In this document: positions 29,207 to 32,960 of the stretch, in pieces | Layout: each line of letters begins with the position of its first letter | Numbering within the stretch: position 1 is the first letter of the stretch | Assembly (NCBI GenBank): GCA_002049895.1 | Contig: MVCW01000003.1 | Location: forward strand, 1-32,960 | Reading direction: 5' to 3' | Length of the DNA stretch: 32,960 nucleotides | Source: Candidatus Omnitrophica bacterium 4484_171 | GTDB lineage: Bacteria; Omnitrophota; Gorgyraeia; Duberdicusellales; 4484-171 | Made by a program: the position numbers and the translations under genes | Notes under the pieces: model-generated | What the model was told of the DNA's origin: nothing | Database searches by the model: none | What the model saw: the letters and a program-made list of their open reading frames with translations, nothing else

Positions 29207-29824
29207 CTATTCTATCATGCCTATCCTATTGGGAGGCCACCATATAAAAATTGCTTTCCCCACAATATGCTCATCATCAGCAAAGCCCCAGAACCTGCTA
29301 TCCAGAGAGTTCTTTGAATTATCTCCTAGAAAGAAATATTTACCGGCAGGAACCGTAATCACACCTTGCCCATAAGGACCGACATTGATATAGCCGTTCT
29401 TAGCTATAACAGGATCTACAACGATTTTACCATTAACTTTGACATTGCCGTTTTCTATCTCTATGCGGTCTCCCCCTAAACCAATGAGCCTCTTAATATA
29501 TACTTTTCTTTTAAAAAAGAAATTGTTTACCTCCTGAGGGGGAACAAAAACTATCACTTCACCCCGCCTTGGTTTTCTTATCCCGGGAAGACGCGCCTTT
29601 GTAAAAGGAATAAGCGGCCCATACACAAGCTTACTGACGAATATCCTGTCTCCCGGCTTAAGAGTGGGTATCATTGAACCCGTTGGTATCTTATATACTT
29701 GAAAGAAAAAAGTCCTTATGAAAATTACCAAGAGTCCGGCAATGACCGCAGACTCAACCCACTCTCTCAGGGCGCTTTTCTTTCTAATATGTTTACCTTT
29801 TATTTCCCGGCCCTCTTTAACCAT
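29207..29824 (-). CDS. lepB: Signal peptidase I
   Basis: IPTGSMIPTL (catalytic Ser), YIKRLIG (catalytic Lys), GDNSKNSLDSRFWG. Confidence 0.96.
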   Translation of the reverse strand: MVKEGREIKGKHIRKKSALREWVESAVIAGLLVIFIRTFFFQVYKIPTGSMIPTLKPGDRIFVSKLVYGPLIPFTKARLPGIRKPRRGEVIVFVPPQEVNNFFFKRKVYIKRLIGLGGDRIEIENGNVKVNGKIVVDPVIAKNGYINVGPYGQGVITVPAGKYFFLGDNSKNSLDSRFWGFADDEHIVGKAIFIWWPPNRIGMIE

Positions 29825-29861
29825 AATCCCAGCCTTCCTTTAATAAATATTTTGTCAAAGA

Positions 29862-31655
29862 CTACATCCTAAGTACCTCTAAAAAAACAGATTGAGGAAC
29901 CTGGATATTACCCATTTGCTTCATCTTTTTCTTGCCTTTCTTTTGTTTTTCCCAGAGTTTACGCTTACGCGTAATATCCCCTCCGTAACACTTGGCGGTA
30001 ACATTTTTCCTTAGGGGGGGGACACGTGAAGAAGCGATGATTTTAGAACCAATCGCCGCCTGTATACTGACTTCAAACATCTGGCGGGGAATAAGCTCTT
30101 TCAATCTATCCACAACCGCCCTGGCTTTATGTTCCGCCTTATCTTTATTTACAAGTAAAGAAAAGGCCTCCATCTTTTTCTTGTTAAATAAAATATCTAT
30201 TTTAGAGACCTCCGTCTTTCTGTAATCAATAAATTCATAATCAAGGGAAGCGTACCCTTTGGTAACCGATTTAAGCTTATTATAAAAATCCACGACAATT
30301 TCTGCCAGAGGAAGTTCGAAGACAATGCTTAATCGATCTTTACCAAGATAATCAGTCTTAACAAACTTGCCCCTTCTTGATTTTGACAGCTCATAAACAG
30401 CATCCATATACTCTAAGGGAGAAATAACAGTTGCCCTGACAAAAGGTTCAAGAACCTCTTCTATGTTTTGAGCTTCCGGCAAATCATGCGGGCTCTCGAC
30501 ATCAATAACTTTCTTTGTCTTTTCCATAACTTTGTATAAAACATTGGGCAAAGTGAGAATTAAATCCAAACCGAATTCCCTCTCAAGCCTTTCTTCCACT
30601 ACCTCCATATGAAGAAGGCCTAAAAAACCGCATCTAAAACCATGCCCTAAAGAACCTAAGCTGTCCGGCTCATAAACAAAGGAAGGGTCCGAAAGCTTCA
30701 TTTTATCAATTGCGTCTCTTAATGCATTATAATCCCCGGCAGAGGCAGGAAATATTCCGCAAAAAACCATAGGAGAAATGCTCCTGCACTCTTCAAAAGC
30801 AGATGCTGTAGGATTATAGGGATCGGTCAAAGTGTCTCCAGCATCAACTTCTTGAGGGTTTTTAATATTGCAAAATACATAACCAACCTCGCCGCAAACC
30901 AATTCTTTTCGTTTAATAGGCCCGAAAACAAAAATACCTAAATCTTCCACCTTGTATTTCCTGCCTTTGTGTATAAATAATATTTCATCACCTAGAGAAA
31001 TCTTACCGTCAAAAATTCTTATAAAAAGAACTATCCCTCTATAGGGATCAAAACTCGTGTCAAAAAGTATAGCTTTTAAAGGTTTGTCTATTTCGCCAGG
31101 GGGAACAGGAAACTCATCAACGATTCTGTTTAACACATCTTTAATACCTTTGCCTTCCTTCGCTGATACGCAGCTAACTTCTTCTTTCTTAAAACCAAAA
31201 ATATCAAAAAGCTGATTAGTAACTCTGTCTATGTCCGCATTTGGCAAGTCTATCTTATTTATAACTGGTATTATTTTCAGGTCGTTCTCCAACGCAAGAT
31301 AGAAGTTAGCAACAGTTTGAGCCTCAACTCCCTGCGTTGCGTCAACTAAAAGTATGGCTCCATCCGATGCCTTAAGCGATTTAGCTACCTCGTAAGTAAA
31401 GTCGACATGCCCGGGCGTATCGATTAAATTAAGAATATAAGTATTGTCCCCCCGGGTATAATTTATGCTTACCGCTTTTGCTTTAATGGTAATTCCCCGT
31501 TCTCTTTCAAGATCCATACTGTCAAGTATCTGGTCTTTTTTCTTTCTCTCGTTAACTGCACCACATACTTCAAGAAACCTATCCGCCAAAGTTGATTTAC
31601 CATGGTCAATATGGGCAATGATACAAAAATTTCTTATAAGTTTCTTATCAGTCAT
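29862..31655 (-). CDS. lepA: Elongation factor 4 (LepA)
   Basis: IAHIDHGKSTLADR, GFRCGFLGLLH, KCYGGDITRKRKL. Confidence 0.98.
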   Translation of the reverse strand: MTDKKLIRNFCIIAHIDHGKSTLADRFLEVCGAVNERKKKDQILDSMDLERERGITIKAKAVSINYTRGDNTYILNLIDTPGHVDFTYEVAKSLKASDGAILLVDATQGVEAQTVANFYLALENDLKIIPVINKIDLPNADIDRVTNQLFDIFGFKKEEVSCVSAKEGKGIKDVLNRIVDEFPVPPGEIDKPLKAILFDTSFDPYRGIVLFIRIFDGKISLGDEILFIHKGRKYKVEDLGIFVFGPIKRKELVCGEVGYVFCNIKNPQEVDAGDTLTDPYNPTASAFEECRSISPMVFCGIFPASAGDYNALRDAIDKMKLSDPSFVYEPDSLGSLGHGFRCGFLGLLHMEVVEERLEREFGLDLILTLPNVLYKVMEKTKKVIDVESPHDLPEAQNIEEVLEPFVRATVISPLEYMDAVYELSKSRRGKFVKTDYLGKDRLSIVFELPLAEIVVDFYNKLKSVTKGYASLDYEFIDYRKTEVSKIDILFNKKKMEAFSLLVNKDKAEHKARAVVDRLKELIPRQMFEVSIQAAIGSKIIASSRVPPLRKNVTAKCYGGDITRKRKLWEKQKKGKKKMKQMGNIQVPQSVFLEVLRM

Positions 31656-32292
31656 TTTTGATATGTGAAATAATTACCTCTAGTACCAAATCAGGACTCA
31701 AGTTTGTAGTGTCAACTAAAATAGCGTCGGGGGATTTCTTTAAGGGGCCAAAACGCCTGTTTATATCAGCATTATCACGTGAACGCATCTGGTTTTCTAC
31801 TTCTTCAATCGTGACAGCCTTACCTTTTCCAGCTAATTCCTTATAGCGTCTCTTTGCCCTCTCCTTGATATCAGCGTCTAAGTAAAATTTATACTCTGCA
31901 TTAGGAAACACAACGGTCGTTATGTCTCTCCCCTCTACAACAGCATCTTTACCTCTTGCTATGCTTCTTTGAATGTCCACCATTTCCTTTCTTACCCTGC
32001 TGAAAGAAACAGGCATGGAAATACTTTTGTCTATGGCAGGGTCACGAATCTCCTCGGTAACATCCCTGCTTCCAACAAATACCTGTCCATTCTTAAATAG
32101 TATATTTAAGTTCTTAGCTAACCGGGAAAGTTTATATTCATTATCGAGCTCTATTCCCTCTTCAAGAGCCCTAAGGGTGAGTACACGGTAAGTAGCCCCT
32201 GTATCTAAATATAATATGCCAAGTTTGTTGGCTAAAAGCCTCGCAATAGTAGTTTTACCTGACCCGGCAGGGCCGTCTATAGCAATAATCAT
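31648..32292 (-). CDS. cmk: Cytidylate kinase
   Basis: IAIDGPAGSGKTT, YLDTGATYR, EGRDITTVVFP. Confidence 0.96.
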   Translation of the reverse strand: MIIAIDGPAGSGKTTIARLLANKLGILYLDTGATYRVLTLRALEEGIELDNEYKLSRLAKNLNILFKNGQVFVGSRDVTEEIRDPAIDKSISMPVSFSRVRKEMVDIQRSIARGKDAVVEGRDITTVVFPNAEYKFYLDADIKERAKRRYKELAGKGKAVTIEEVENQMRSRDNADINRRFGPLKKSPDAILVDTTNLSPDLVLEVIISHIKND

Positions 32293-32410
32293 ATTTTGTG
32301 CCTTTCGGATGGAGCTATCAATAGAAATTTATTCCTTATGTAATATAAATTAAACATGCTTTATAAAAATGCTGGCAATGCGAAGAATAAGGTTCTGCGT
32401 TCATACCTTA

Positions 32411-32646
32411 GTAAGCCCCGTTAGAGAACTTCGTTCTTTAACGGTCCGCGGCGACGGTGGCTTTAAACCACCGTCGCCTTCAATCAGTAATGACCACCGA
32501 TTAAAATCAGCGGCTTTCTCTAACGGGGTAAGCCCCGCTTCCCGCCGTTAGAACTCGGCTGCCAAAAACAGCCCTCAGACGCCTGCCCGCCCCGCGGCCC
32601 GCCGCAGGTGATGGCATGGAGCGGCGTTTTATCTCTAACGGGGTAA
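32411..32646. repeat. Two tandem ~115-nt units bounded by CCCCGTTAGA / TCTAACGGGG inverted repeats (REPIN/MITE-like)
   Basis: 32416-32428 and 32516-32528 form a perfect 13-bp inverted repeat. The second unit ends TCTCTAACGGGG at 32632-32643. Interiors are GC-rich hairpins. Confidence 0.75.
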
Positions 32647-32663
32647 AACTTCTTCCGATGCCT

Positions 32664-32960
32664 TCAATGAAATTTATTGTGCTTTGAGTTAACTTTCCTT
32701 ATCAATCTAATAATAGCCTTTCTGTCTTGAGATTTTATTAGGTTCTTGAATAACTTCAATATTTCCATATATTCATCTATATTCTTTACTATATGCTTTT
32801 TATTAGACAAGAATATATCTACCCAGGAATCAGGCAAAGACGATGAAATTCTTGTTATATCGCTAAAACTCCTTGAGGAAAAAGGCATATATCTTAATGG
32901 CACTGCTAAAGAAAGAGAATAAGATATGACATGCGGAAGATGAGAAACATAAGATAATAT
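32664..32960 (-). CDS. tyrA: Prephenate/arogenate dehydrogenase, C-terminal part (truncated by the window edge)
   Basis: Frame open to the window end: SYVSHLPHV...SFSDITRISSS.PDSWVDIFLSN, matching TyrA SHLPH and D.TR motifs. Upstream of cmk. Confidence 0.85.
   Translation of the reverse strand: MLSYVSHLPHVISYSLSLAVPLRYMPFSSRSFSDITRISSSLPDSWVDIFLSNKKHIVKNIDEYMEILKLFKNLIKSQDRKAIIRLIRKVNSKHNKFH

Noticed and set aside
29825-29861. TTGACA upstream of lepB (minus strand)
   Set aside because: No acceptable -10 hexamer at 16-18 nt spacing.
61-32551. All plus-strand ORFs in the supplied track, and the alternate-frame ORF 669-923
   Set aside because: They are shadows of conserved minus-strand genes or repeat regions and show no recognisable protein motifs.
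32369-32551. 60-aa plus-strand ORF
   Set aside because: It is largely a translation of the palindromic repeat unit.
32411-32646. CRISPR array
   Set aside because: Only two units, ~90-nt structured interiors, inverted-repeat ends and no cas genes in the window.

Overview
Bacterial housekeeping region with every supported gene on the minus strand. In transcription order: tyrA (3' part), cmk, lepA, lepB, pgsA, plsY, then a sigma70-type promoter, tRNA-Thr(GGT), rpmG, tRNA-Trp, secE, nusG, rplK-A-J-L, rpoB-C, rpsL-G, fusA, tuf, the S10 cluster, the spc cluster (no rpmD), secY, adk, map, infA and rpmJ. The DNA is AT-rich and has many overlapping genes and Zn/Cys-type ribosomal proteins. My tentative inference is an anaerobic PVC-superphylum organism, possibly Omnitrophota-like. 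Three things stand out. (1) Several of the larger intergenic gaps hold short palindromic repeats of about five families, some apparently nested in one another, including one insertion with an apparent TTAAC target duplication. (2) rpsC has an in-frame loss of roughly 30 codons in the KH domain. (3) EF-Tu has a 4-Cys insertion and RpoB has several substitutions in the rifamycin pocket. No transposase, CRISPR array or defence gene is visible. All calls were made by eye, without database searches.
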